A stretch of 64,000 bases of DNA, from assembly GCF_964355755.1 (NCBI RefSeq), contig NC_092674.1:30318001-30382000 (forward strand). Direction: 5' to 3'. Made by a program: the position numbers and the translations under genes. The notes under the pieces were generated by a model that did not search any database, had not been told where the DNA came from, and was given only the letters and a program-made list of their open reading frames with translations. This document shows positions 12,701 to 33,745 of this stretch, piece by piece; the stretch's first letter is position 1; each line of letters starts with the position of its first letter. This stretch comes from Antedon mediterranea. Its lineage: Eukaryota > Animalia > Echinodermata.

Positions 12701-15700
12701 TACAAAATCTGGTTTACTTTGTACTTTGACCTGTAACGTTTAGTCAGGTGATTCTTGACCAACAGATCGACCTGATTGACCTGTATTCAAGTCCATTTAA
12801 TATACTGTACATCAACAATTAAAATATGACAATGAAAGCTTTCCTATTGTACTAATCCAAGTACTGTACAGTTTTAAGGGTTGTGTGGGTACAGTATACT
12901 GTACTTCCAATCCAATGGTTTGAAGTTACATACTGTATTAGCTTTTCAATTTTGTTTAAAGGTTTTTTTTACAAAAGATCCGCAGAAGCATAGTGTACCA
13001 ATTGCGTTTATCATCATGGTATTTGTTTGATTTATTTTTTCGTCTACCGTCTTGTATTGCAGCAAAAGCCTGCTATTGTCACAGGGAATCCAGATAATCT
13101 ATGTTCAGACACAGACAGAATCATGATTACAGTACTTAACAATGGTTCACACTGGCACAGCAGGTCTACAGTATTGATTGAACTTAACAATGGTTCACAC
13201 TGGCACAGCTATTGATTGAACTTTAAATGTGCCAACAGTTTGTACAGTATTGTGTTTTGATATTTAATTCTATTGTCTTGTGAACTGATATTATTGAACC
13301 TTCCTAACTAGGCCATTGTAGTCAGTGTTTTAATTCTTCAATTCTAACATGTGCATCTTTTCAATCTGATGCATTTAAAACCAGTATACACATGGAATAC
13401 ACTTGATGTACTGTACCTGACAATAGATACAAGACAGATTAACAAGACTGTCTTCAACCAGTATTTTCTCAAAACCATTATACTGGAATACACTTGATGT
13501 ACTGTACCTGACAATAGATACAAGACAGATTAACAAGACTGTCTTCAACCAGTATTTTCTCAAAACCATTATAATGGAATACACTTGATGTACTGTACCT
13601 GACAATAGATACAAGACAGATTTACAAGACTGTCTTCAACCAGTATTTTCTCAAAACCATTATAATGGAATACACTTGATGTACTGTACCTGACAATAGA
13701 TACAAGACAGATTAACAAGACTGTCTTCAACCAGTATGTTCTCAAAACCATTATAATGGAATACACTTGATGTACTGTACCTGACAATAGATATAAGACA
13801 GATTTACAAGACTGTCTTCAACCAGTATTTTCTCAAAACCATTCAGATTAACAAGACTGTCTTCAACCAGTATTTTCTCAAAACCATTATAATGGAATAC
13901 ACTTGATGTACTGTACCTGACAATAGATACAAGACAGATTAACAAGACTGTCTTCAACCAGTATTTTCTCAAAACCATTATAATGGAATACACTTGATGT
14001 ACTGTACTGTACCTGACAATAGATACAAGACAGATTAACAAGACTGTCTTCAACCAGTATTTTCTCAAAACCATTATAATGGAATTGTGTGTAAAATGTA
14101 CAGCAAACAGACAATACACAAGAAAGAAAAGTGTGTTCAACCATTAGGCCTTAAATATGTTCTCAAAACCATTATAATGGAATTGTGTGTAAAATGTACA
14201 GCAAACAGACAATACACAAGAAAGAAAAGTGTGTTCAACCATTAGGCCTATCAAAACCATACACATGTATATACTGTAATGTGTTACAATTGATGACATA
14301 CTTAATATATACATTTAGGAAAGAATAACAAGACTATCTTCAACTAGTCTAAAGCTCTGTCTACACTATCAAACTTTATTTGACAAAAAAATGTGATGTG
14401 CCCATATACAGTTGTCAAACTAGTTTGATAGTGTAGACAGAGCTTAAAAACAGTGACATTGTAGGCCTACACATGGAATAATGCACTTGATGTATGTACA
14501 TGGCAACAATATATAATGTACAGTATCTGTACAATTAGAAAGAAGTACTGTAACAAGTGTTTTAAACTTTAAATTATGGAAAGATATGGTGTCGGGCAGA
14601 AACCAATTTTAAAATGTTCAGCTTTCAAATGATACATAACAAGATGAAGGCACACACATAATGGCCTTGAGATAATTGTTTGACCTACAAACATCTATGA
14701 TACAATAGAAAGTGATGACAATGACTTGGCCTGAAGCACTAAAGACATTTTAGATCCGGAAGGAAACATATCATCCACCGTCAATTTAATTATGTAATTG
14801 ACTTCAGTTCCATCCGGGGTGGTTGCATTTCAGTTCTATACTGTACTTGAAAGCTTGTAATTTACTGTACTTTATTGATTATTTTTCTGGTACTTTAAAC
14901 TAATTGAATTATTAAGAAGAAGTTAGAATTATTAATTAGAAGTTTTTAACAGTATTTATTTACGCTTGTTAATTCATTTATACCAACACGTAAATTTCCA
15001 AAGAACCAGAAGCAAAAAAATAAGATATTTTTGGGTGTTAAGTCTAAATTGGCCTAAAATTAGGAAGTTGAATTAAACTTGTTGTGCATGGATACTTGGT
15101 CATACAGTATGGTAATGATTCATTGAAACATAATAAAATGTTATTAGTAAATTTCCAAAAAGAACAAAAAAATTGAGTATTCATTAGTAGGCCTGTTCAC
15201 TGAATCCTGAAATTGTGTACACTTTTACACGTCATACATCATTACTCATTTCAATGGAAAAAAATTAGTTGAACAATAATATGTGTGGTAGACCACTAAA
15301 TCCGCCTGAAAAGAATTTATTGTTATATTTACACTACAATACCATGCATTATACACAACACACTATAGCATGGCTGAATTGTTGTTTTTCGGTAAATTGC
15401 TGTAGAATCCATTACAGTATTGTATATTAATTATATTAAATTATTTTATTTAGATAGTAGTACTAATATACAGTGAACTTAAATTTAGTAAAGTACTTAG
15501 GCCTAATATTAAATATTTTTCAGATTAATTTATCAATAAAGTTAATGATAATCTACCTGACAGTAATAGAATTGACAAATATCAATTAATGTCAGAGGTA
15601 CTCTCGTGTTTCATTTTCTAACCTATGGTATATTACTGAACCCACAAATGTGCACATTACTATGAGTGTTGTCTAGTCAAAATATGAGTAAAACGACAGC

Positions 15701-16901
15701 AAAATCCACAGTGACTGGTGAGAAATAACAGGTGCCAAAATTATTGGTCATCTAGATCATGAATCACAGTTTAAAAGGAAACTTAAAATGTAGACATTTT
15801 ACATTTGTACAGTTACATGTTTTACATACGAAAATACTGTATGTAATATGAACACTGAAATTCATAAAAGCTATGGTGGTATGGTACAGTAATTCTATTT
15901 ATGATAGGATTAGTGGTTGAAGCAGCTGTAATCCTCATAATGGTCTAGTGTGTAACAAAATTACTGTAACACTAACACATCTGGTTGGGTCCAATCATTT
16001 TTTCCTCCATGGTCCAATTAATTAGATTAACTTAAAACAATAAATTAGAAAAAAAATATTGCAACCATGTATAATTATCTGTTAATTTTGGGGATACGTC
16101 ATGGTATACCTTTCCCAAAAGTACTGATAACAAAAGCAAAAATACTTTCAGAAAATGTGTACACACTGTGTAAACATTCTGGAGCTAGCTTTAGGCTATT
16201 ATGATACCCCTTTCTTTCACATTGCCTTGGAAAACTCCAGAGTTTGCACAGACACCTGGAAGTAAATGCCATACAAAGACGCAGGTGGTGGGTTTGTGTT
16301 TGTGAACTCCAGAGTTTTGCTAGGCGAAGTGAAAGGGATATAGGATTAAATAGGCCTTATTATCAAGGTTAGGGTCATGTTTGACCATTGATTGTGTGCT
16401 GTGCTTGTGCAACATGTAACAATTTTTGTTGGGCCTTTATTAGAGCACCTCCACGATATTCACCTGATGTCATCGAGAATGTCCAGGTCAGACTGGTGTT
16501 TAGCATGGATTCTTGACAACTGTTCATTCTGAACATTGCGAAGCACTTGAGTTATTTTCACCTAAAAAAAGATATAAACAAATAAAATCTTGATTTACAA
16601 TAGGCCTAGTAATCTTAGTATAGCTAAAATTAAATTATTGGTATGTTTATCATTTTTTGTTATGCATAACCTAAAGCTGGTCTAGTCCCTGCCTTAGGCT
16701 GTCTGCTGGCCTACTACTAGCTAGGCCTAATTCTAATTACTAGGCTATATTAGCAGAGCAACTTGGGCCTAAACCTACCCAGCGCAACAGCAGCATGCCA
16801 GGCTCTAGCTAGGCCTAAAATACTACTACTAGAGTAGGTCTATCCGGCTAGCCTATAACTGTACATATTTATTTGATTACCTTTCTCGGTGGTGGCTGCA
16901 T
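9780..16901 (-). CDS. FCHSD2: F-BAR and double SH3 domain protein (FCHSD2/nervous wreck), coding exons 1-4; remainder probably left of the window
   Basis: GT-AG exons 16881-16901 (MQPPPRK), 16464-16561 (VKITQVLRNVQNEQLSRIHAKHQSDLDILDDIR), 12002-12047 (EFAKQRSIIERVCAQ) and 9780-9865 (SLQKLVAQFQQKREGAKDVEISDENKEHR) splice in frame. They match the FCHSD1/2 N-terminus as I recall it (MQPPPRKVKVTQELKNIQ...). Confidence 0.92.
9971..11134 (+). repeat. 27-bp minisatellite, ~43 near-perfect copies
   Basis: Unit GATTTACTGATAACACACCCCCTTAGT, in FCHSD2 intron 3. It explains the (DLLITHPLS)n ORF. Confidence 0.97.
13393..14250 (+). repeat. 91-bp tandem repeat (~7.5 copies) followed by a ~100-bp duplication
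   Basis: TGGAATACACTTGATG recurs at 13393, 13484, 13575, 13666 and 13757, then in partial units. 14060-14250 is a further direct duplication. Confidence 0.92.
14353..14444. mobile_element. Short palindromic MITE (family also at ~22268-22391, ~25673-25823, ~26677-26760, ~29517-29654)
   Basis: TIR AGCTCTGTCTACACTATCAAA...TTTGATAGTGTAGACAGAGCT with a TGTGATGTGCCCA core and T/A-rich flanks; five copies in the window. Confidence 0.8.
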
Positions 16902-17253
16902 AGTAATACAATCGGGTCCAAATGAAAAAAAGTAAGCCAAGAGCGTTATATCCAAGTTACCGCCAAGCAAGCAAGAACTTCTGAAACTGTATCAGCTCGC
17001 GGCGTACAAACTCGATTAGACTTCTCTTGATCGGAAACGTACCTCCCGGCCCAGTTTGTTATGAGAAGTCCATTAACTGATCCACCTCCCTTCCAGTATT
17101 TTTACGCTGCAACTAATAATCTAATACTGTAATGCTTAATTTCACTAAATGATTACTGAAATTTATCTTATGTAACATCAATTCTGCTTGGAATACTTAT
17201 ATGAAATGATAGAAAACAAAAATTAAAAATAATTAATACTAATCATACCAGGG

Positions 17254-19190
17254 GGAGGTATATTCAGAGCGTCATTCTGGCGACTGGAGCATTCTCTACT
17301 TCTCTACGGAGCGCCATTTATGCCTTTATTAACTTTAGCTTCCAGGGTAGCACAGTGTATAAAAAGGAAATAAGTCACTACTTTTAATATCGTTTCGTAA
17401 GTTAATACACTGTGCTCAAGTGGATCCAATTTGGCGCCAGTGGAGCACAGTGATATAAAATAGAAATAAATAAAGTCATTTATTAGTTTCAATATCTTTT
17501 CGTATGTTAATACACTGTGTTGTGGGCCTAATTTGAAGTCACTTAAGTCTTTTCGTATGTTAATACACTGTACTCAAGTGGACACGATTTGGCACCAGTG
17601 GAGCACAGTGATATAAACAACAAATAAGTTACTGAATGTTAATATCTTTTCGTATGTTAATACACTGTGCTCCAGTGGATCCAATTTGGCGTCAGTGGTG
17701 GAGCACAGATAGTCACATACAAAAACATCGAGAAAAAATACTTCTGAAAATACTTCAAAAATATTTCAAACTTCCAGGTATATAGGCTATGGTAAAATCG
17801 GTTACTCCATAAAAATTAGTTTCAAGCCACATCAGTGATTTTAATAACTTGCGTTTGTCTAAGATAAATACTTATTTAGTGTCACCGGAGAGTGCACCTA
17901 TTCATTGAAATATGACATTAAATATTAAGTTGGGGCAGAGTTAATAATGAAAATAGAGCCAAGAATTGCACTTATACTTATAACTATACATAATCACCTA
18001 TGGTAATATAATTATGGTAATGTTAAAATTTCAACTATTCAGATGCGACTTCAAAATTTTAGGTGGGGTTTTCTACTTTAAAACTTGACTTCCTATAAGG
18101 CCTACCCGGCGGCGGAATTTGGTCTAGAGATCGGCATCTTTACAAAATGTTCTATATTTGATCTATTTCACTCTCCACCATTAACCCCATACAAAAACCA
18201 TCGGAGACAAACTATCTGTTTATAAAACATGTTCTTCTGATAACGGTGTGGCCATACACACCAACTATCATAACAGTTTATTCATAACATTATACAATAC
18301 AATATCTTGCATGAATCGGAGATTTTCGCTACCAATGTAGCAACATAATAAAAATGTAACAGTGTGGCGTGTTGACCGCGAATGAAACAACACCTGCACA
18401 ACCATTGCATAACAACGCACGGCATTCCAAACCGTTTCGTACACCTGCGATGAAAATATAAAATTCATTTTTTTAATTGAGGGCCGCAAACATAAAATTT
18501 AGAGATAGAATACAGGTTGAAAAAAAAATTTAAATAAAAAAAAAATAAAAAAAAAAAGATGTTAAATGTGCTCTCCCTGCCTCAGCACTAAGGCCCTGCC
18601 AATGTTGTTCCCTCATGATGTGTGGTGGACGTATAATCCTGTGAACTCCAAACGTATGCCTTTAACTCTATTCCACCGACCAGCATGGAAATCGAACCCA
18701 CGACATACGTGTTGTGAACTCAGGCGACTGAGCTAACTGATTTTGGTTTTAACAAGGTTAATGTGATATTTATGATGAAATAATGAATTACGTAATACAC
18801 GTATAAATACACTATTATCAGCTGTTTAGTCATGTACTACTTTGTGGCCTAACGGGTAATGCTCAGCTTTGGGTACTCTCCCAGTTCTAGTAGATTTGGG
18901 TTCGAACCTCTAGGGATATTTTTTTTTTTTAATAAAAAATAATAAAATTCATAAATAAATAAATAAAATAATGAATATTATTTCTATATACCACTGTGCT
19001 CAATTGAACCCAATTTGCCACCAGGGAAGCAAAGTGTATTAACATACAAAATATATTAAAATTCAGTGACTGGACCAGTTGCCGTACAGTAGTACTATTT
19101 CTATTTCTGAAGTAAATAAAGGCATAAATGGCGCTCCGTAGATAAGTAGAGAACGCTCCATTGTCAGAATGAGGCTCTGAATATACCTCC
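17254..19190. mobile_element. ~1.9-kb non-autonomous TIR DNA transposon between the divergent FCHSD2 and MYND-gene starts
   Basis: Imperfect TIRs of >=90 bp (GGAGGTATATTCAGAGCGTCATTCTGG... / ...GTCAGAATGAGGCTCTGAATATACCTCC) and subterminal repeats at 17340-17710. The direct repeat CCAGGGGG at 17248-17255 and 19189-19196 overlaps the termini, so TSD length is ambiguous (4-8 bp). Confidence 0.85.
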
Positions 19191-20531
19191 AGGGGGTGGA
19201 AGACGCTGTTCTATTATAGAGGGCGACATTCCAGATAGAGGTAGATTAAAAGGGAAATTCCCTACACTGCACTGCAGATACTGAAGTCTGTGTGGTGAGT
19301 AATGCGAGTTTTAGTCTAAATAAATAACAATTAATAAGGTAATTAATTAATATTGATTTAGATCATGAGTTACTATCTTATGTTTATAGTTTCATACACA
19401 CATTTTGCAAGGCGTTCCACCCTTTTGCCCTACCCCCTATACCCCCTACCCTACTGCCTCTCATCAAAGAATATATATCACAAGAATGAGTATTCCGCGA
19501 TTTTTGCATGAGAAATTTGTAACAGAGAGCTCCAGTGAGTGATGCCCGCCCTCATAAGGGCGGATGTATACATACTAAATAAGACTTGATTTAATAGATA
19601 TTATACATGTCACATTAAATAGAATTATGATAATAGTTTTTGCAATTGTAAACTATTTTATAATACATATTTATTAACAAACTAGTGTACATTCACTTTT
19701 ACAGACAATTATTTACTAACATGCTAAGTTAGTTCACAAAAAAGGCCTGACACAGCAACACCAAAAATCAATGAATCGTTACTCAGCACGGCCTATTCTT
19801 TACCATTGCCGTGTACTACTCTACGCCCGGTAAATTAAGTATTGTTTTTATGATATAAATTAGTATAAAATACATGTTATTAATAGGAAAAAATGTTAAA
19901 TGTTATTAACATTTATTTGTTTTACCAGAAACAAGTTAAATATAGGAATATTATTAAACAATCCTTCGTGAAAACGCGTAAACACCAACACGCCCGGTCA
20001 CGCTATCGTAGCGCCCGGTTGATAAAGCAAACTGTTTATACGGCAGATTTTACTAAATAAATTGCATAAAACGAACAATTAAATATCCAAATAGTATTTA
20101 ACATGATGTTGGCATGTAGTTGATAACATTTTTTATCATGAAAATACTACCGGTGGTCTAGCCTTTGATTATTGAAACCGTCACAAAAAGTTGTATACAT
20201 CCCAGATACATCCACACTTATGGCGGCGCCCTACCACATGGACAATATTACTGTTACAGGGAAAATCGCGGAATACTCATTCTTGTGATATATATTCTTT
20301 GCTCTCATCTACCATTTTTTGCTACCTAGTAGTAGTAGGGTCAGACCTGTTCTCCCCTCCTCTCAATCCTAAACATCCACAGGATCCACCCTTGGCCTCT
20401 GACTGACATAATGTGGAGAGATCAAATTACTTTAATATCCTGAATAAGTTGATCATTCTCTATGGTTAAATTAATGAACTGATGTTTATTTATATAAATA
20501 ATCAACAGATTAGATTCTGGGATGGGAAAGT

Positions 20532-21375
20532 ATGTCTGCAGAAATTAGCCAACAATGCAGAATTTGCAAGATCAGCAAACCTACAATGATGAGGTGTACT
20601 CGTTGTTGTTGTGCATATTATTGGTAATACCACACATTTTTATTGTTTAACAATAGAGATATAATATCTCTATGGTTTAATGCATTTTCTAATATTTTCT
20701 CCTTCTTGTCTTTAAATTTTGTTGATGCTGCAGATGAAGGAAATGAGAAAATCACTGGTTAAAAGAAATACAAAGTTTTAAGTTCAAATACTTGTTTTTT
20801 CTTAAGCGTAAAATGCAAAATATATTAACCTTACTAGCTTTGATTTTGTTTATAGTTCACGAGCATGTCAAGTTAAAGAGTGGCCAGTTCACAAAGGGGT
20901 CTGCTGCCCAGCAGCAGCACACCTAACAGAGAAATCACAAAATGCAGACACAGTCTCAAGCAATACAGCAACAGTGCAATGCAAAGGGATAGAAGAAGAT
21001 AAAAGTATTAAAACTACTTGCGAAGAAAGACTTACAATAGTTATCAAATGCCACAAGGAGAAAATTAAAGTAAACATTAGTAAACACTGGAATGGTGAGG
21101 AGATACTCAACCACATTTCTGTTGCAATTAAAATAAAGAAATTAAAGTTAATTCATAAAGGTCGAATAATGAATGCAGATAACGTATTGGAATGCGTAAG
21201 AGAAAACGCTCTTTTTCAAGCAATTGGTGAAAAAAATGAGGACGAGGACGGACTGAATTCATCAGATATTGACTGCATTGTTGCACAAGCGAAAGTGAAT
21301 AGAAACGAAGCTGTGAGGGCGCTGAGAAGAACTGGTGATGTTGTAGATGCTATTTTATACATTTCAAATAAATGA
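20532..21375 (+). CDS. ~203-aa protein: N-terminal MYND zinc finger, ubiquitin-like domain, C-terminal NAC-alpha/HYPK-type UBA domain
   Basis: Exon 20532-20623 (MSAEISQQCRICKISKPTMMRCTRCCCAYYC) splices in frame (phase 2) to 20856-21375 (SRACQVKEWPVHKGVC...KLKLIHKGRIM...DGLNSSDIDCIVAQAKVNRNEAVRALRRTGDVVDAILYI). The MYND C/H pattern is intact across the junction. A probable non-coding exon 1 ends at the GTGAGT donor at 19295. Confidence 0.85.
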
Positions 21376-21934
21376 GCAATAGGTCTGACACTGGCAGGGT
21401 CATTTTTTAGTGTCATGTTTTGTATAGGAGTCAAGTATCATTAAAAAAAAACATTTTTAAGACAATTTTTACCATCTGATAACTGTTTTATTTACTAATT
21501 TTCAAAATGTTGTTAAATTTTTGAAATTATAAACTTTTCTACTCAATCTTTTAAGTTGATGTTACATAAGTTTACTTAACATTTTTTCACTTTTTGGATC
21601 ACATTGCGACTACTGTCATTATTATACAAAGAATTTGTATTTAATGTAACATTCTGGATATCTCACATTCTTGAGATACTCCAGAACCATCTGTGTCTCA
21701 ATTTATTGGAAATAATTAAAAATCAAAACATTGTACAGTATCTATCATTTCTACATATGAATTATTAAATATAAATCTATCTAAACGAGAGTTTGTTATT
21801 GTTATATGCCTTTGTTGAGTTGACATAGTTAAGTAGTATCTTAAAAAATAAGCACATTATACATCAAGGCTTCTTAGCAAGTCAAGGTCTGACCTTATGT
21901 CAATGACAAAATCACAAAATACAAAATTATAGTA

Positions 21935-22108
21935 CAGTCAACTCTCTCAATACCGGACTCCCTAAAAACCGGAAAATCTCCCAATAATAGACTTTTCAAG
22001 TCCAAAAGGTCCAAAATTCATTAAAAACACATTCTGAATACCAGACTTTCTGGAAAACCGGACATATTTGGCCAGCCCAAATGTGTGCGGTATTGGGAGA
22101 GTTGACTG
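21935..22108. mobile_element. Tc1/mariner (pogo-like) MITE
   Basis: TA-CAGTCAACTCTCTCAATACCG...CGGTATTGGGAGAGTTGACTG-TA: TIRs with a TA TSD. Confidence 0.85.
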
Positions 22109-22995
22109 TATAACATTAAATACATTCATTATTTATATATAAAACATTATGAAAGCAACAATGCAAATATAAAGAACTATTCAAGGTAAAAATTATTAAA
22201 ATTCAAGGTATACACATGGCTTTATGTCAATATTTGCATTTCTTTTGATTTATTTTATGTAACTTAAGCTCTGTCTACACTATCAAAGTTAATGTGACAT
22301 GCCCATATATGGACATGATGATGTAATATCACTACCATATTTGAGACATCACACTTTTGTGAAATTAGTTTAATTTAGTGTAGACAGAGCTTTATAATAT
22401 TAATTTTTTAACATGTTTGTACATATGTTCCAGTGGGTATAAACACCAAGCAGATACATAATTAGTAATTAAATAAACAAGTTTATTATTTATACAATAA
22501 AAAACAAATTAATGTAAATATAATAAATAATTATATAATTGTCAGAAATTGCTACATAAGATTGCAGTTATTTGGTATACAAAACCGTGTTACACCTCCG
22601 TTATTTATCAGGATTTATATTTAGTGGGTTCCTATGGAAATTAACAGTAGTGATTATGTGGCATTCAGTTTAGTTTATATTATATATACATTTGTAATGA
22701 TAAATATTAAATAATTGATTCATGGTCAGAGGGCCCTGAAATCAAAGGTTTAAATTTGCTGATATATTCTAAATGTTTCTTAGCTTAATAGTTAAAACTA
22801 CAGTACTGCACTAACCATAACATTTTTATTTGAGGACTGTCAGGTGATCTGTCAGGTGATCTAAACTCAATTATCTAATTACTAGAAGGTACGTTTCTTT
22901 ATGATTTACAAGTGAAAAGTTAAGATCTGTGCTTTGTTGTGTATGTGGAATAAAGGTCAATTGAATCAATCCAATTGACCTCAGTAACCTATGAA

Positions 22996-31277
<8,282 letters not shown>

Positions 31278-32139
31278 CTAAAAAGTATATAAACAAATAT
31301 ATTATTATTATCATTATCAATCATTATTAAATACATTTTACACAAAACATACATAGACTATATGATTTAATAAACATACAGGTAAGGCTCTACAGTGAGT
31401 ATATATACCCTTTGTGTATATAGTTCTTTTACAGCCACATTTTCTGGCCGTTTTACTTTATCGTTTTGATTTAGCGTTTTGCTTATTTTATTTTGTATCT
31501 CCATTGACATCCAGCCACTGATACACACAGCATTTTAAGTAATTTGCCATTTGATTTATATGTTAAAAATAAACTTTAAATCTATGATGCTTTCAACTTT
31601 TTTCTTTACGTTCAATATATATGTTATTGTACCTTTAATGCAAATTAGTTGATACTTGTTGATACTATACTGGGCCTCTTTTGAAATCAATGCTTTCGCA
31701 CTGAAAAGTATCATTCAATATAAATATTGTGTTACACAAAAACCTCATGAATTCATGCAGTAGAAAACAAACAAGATTCCTCAATTATTATTTAAATATC
31801 AGAATATTCCATTCACAAGAATTAGTAAAGAATGGCATCGTTGGAAAGTTTTCAAAATAGAGGGTCATGATAAAAGGTATCCTTTCAAAACCATTTAATA
31901 TATGAATGGAAATAAAGAAAGTATATATATAGTGTTATTATTATACTAGGTTCTTTAAAGTACACATGAGCTAGATGTGTACACTGGACCTACGTTTATA
32001 GTCCTTATACCAGAACCATGGAGCGAGTGAGCCTCGAACCCCTGCCGATGTTATGGCTACGTGATTACAGTTTACTGTCTTAACCGCTCGGCCTTGACCC
32101 ATACCCATTTCCGGAATTGAAATTGTAAGGAACAATTCA

Positions 32140-32325
32140 AGCTAAATAATGACGTTCAACACGGCTAAATGACGACATCAACAAAGAGACCAATCAGATC
32201 TCTAAAGACTAAGAGTGACAAATTTCCTAAAAATAACCCTATATAAGAACGCCAACAAGAAACGCGGGTTAGACCATTTCACTCCTTCGTGGTTGGTAGA
32301 CATACATAGAAAGCTAAAGGTAAGT
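32140..32325 (+). promoter_or_regulatory. Pol II core promoter and non-coding exon 1 of nested gene copy 1
   Basis: TGACG motifs, CCAAT at 32190-32194, TATATAAG at 32240-32247 and a strong AAG|GTAAGT donor after 32319. Paralogous promoters have CACGTG plus CCAAT (38282/38299, 44931/44948, 59556/59573; copy 4 has only CACGTG at 53725), with donors after 38376, 45025, 53805 and 59650. Confidence 0.65.
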
Positions 32326-32332
32326 GTTGTAT

Positions 32333-33572
32333 TGTAGTGAAGAGATTAATTTACAAAGAATTTCTTAAATACAGTATAAAACAACTTTATTTAAGAATTT
32401 GAAATCTCAAACTTCTGTACTAAATAGTCAGTATGGTAGTCTTCACATGTAATAAATGCATTTTCTACTAGCCTAGGCCTAGCTAACTAGCTATAATTAG
32501 TCTCCAGGATCACATTATACCAGTATGGAATTATAGTACAATTCTTATTTTGGATGTTATATAATTCTCATACATAGTGTATCACACAACAAAATAGATT
32601 ACTGTATTGGCACTTTAACTTTTTACATCAAAAGATTTCATTATGTCGATGCAATAAGTTCCTTAGTACAATGACTCTTTTAAATATTTCATCATCTTGA
32701 TGCAATAAGTTCCTTAGTACAATGACTCTTTTAAATATTTCATCATGTTGATGCAATAAGTTCCTTAGTACAATGACTCTTTTAAATATTTCATCATGTT
32801 GATGCAATAAGTTCCTTAGTACAATGACTCTTTTAAATATTTCATCATCTTGATGCAATAAGTTCCTTAGTACAATGACTCTTTTAAATATTTCATCATG
32901 TTGATGCAATAATTAGTTCCTTAGTACAATGACTCTTTTAAAGATTTCATCATGTTGATGCAATAAGTTCCTTAGTACAATGACTCTATAAAAGATTTCA
33001 TCATGTCGATGCAATAAGTTCCTTAGTACAATGACTCTTTAAAAGATTTCATCATGTTGATGCAATAAGTTCCTTAGTACAATGACTCTTTTAAATATTT
33101 CATCATGTTGATGCAATAAGTTCCTTAGTACAATGACTCTTTTAAAGATTTCATCATGTTGATGCAATAAGTTCCTTAGTACAATGACTCTTTAAAAGAT
33201 TTCATCATGCAACTTATTGCATCGACATGATGAAATATTTAAAAGAGTCATTGTACTAAGGAACTTATTGCATTGACATAATGAAATCTTTTGATGTAAA
33301 AAGTTTAAGTTAAAATGCCAATACAGTAATCTATTTTGTTGTGTGATACACTATGTATGAGAATTATATAACATCCAAAATAAGAATTGTACTATAATTC
33401 CATACTGGTATACTGGAGGCTAATTATAGCTTTTAGCTAGTAAAAAATGCATTTATTACATGTGAAAAAACCATACTGACTATTTAGTACAGAAGTTTGA
33501 GATTTCAAATTCTTAAATAAAGTTATTTTATACTGTATTTAAGAAATTTTGTAAATTAATCTCTTCACTACA
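32333..33572. repeat. Foldback: ~300-bp inverted arms enclosing ~11 copies of a 51-bp tandem repeat plus inverted units
   Basis: 32333-~32650 is the reverse complement of ~33260-33572. Unit GATGCAATAAGTTCCTTAGTACAATGACTCTTTTAAATATTTCATCATGTT (period 51) flips orientation near 33210. Confidence 0.92.
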
Positions 33573-33745
33573 TATATTTGTGTTTAGTATAATAAACAAT
33601 GTAGGGGAAGGATGTAGATGGGGTGTGTGGGGGAATAAAATGACCAAATTGTTTTTTTTTAGGATTTCGATTTTCCGTTGCCAAAGTGCCGAAAAAGCTG
33701 GGCCGTAGCTACCTGACCACCTTTACACCAAAACCTCTGAGAACC

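Noticed and set aside
32628-33210. CRISPR-like regular repeats and a 17-aa repeat ORF
   Set aside because: The 51-bp units are contiguous with no unique spacers, there are no cas genes, and the context is eukaryotic. The same applies to the 91-bp array at 13393-14084.
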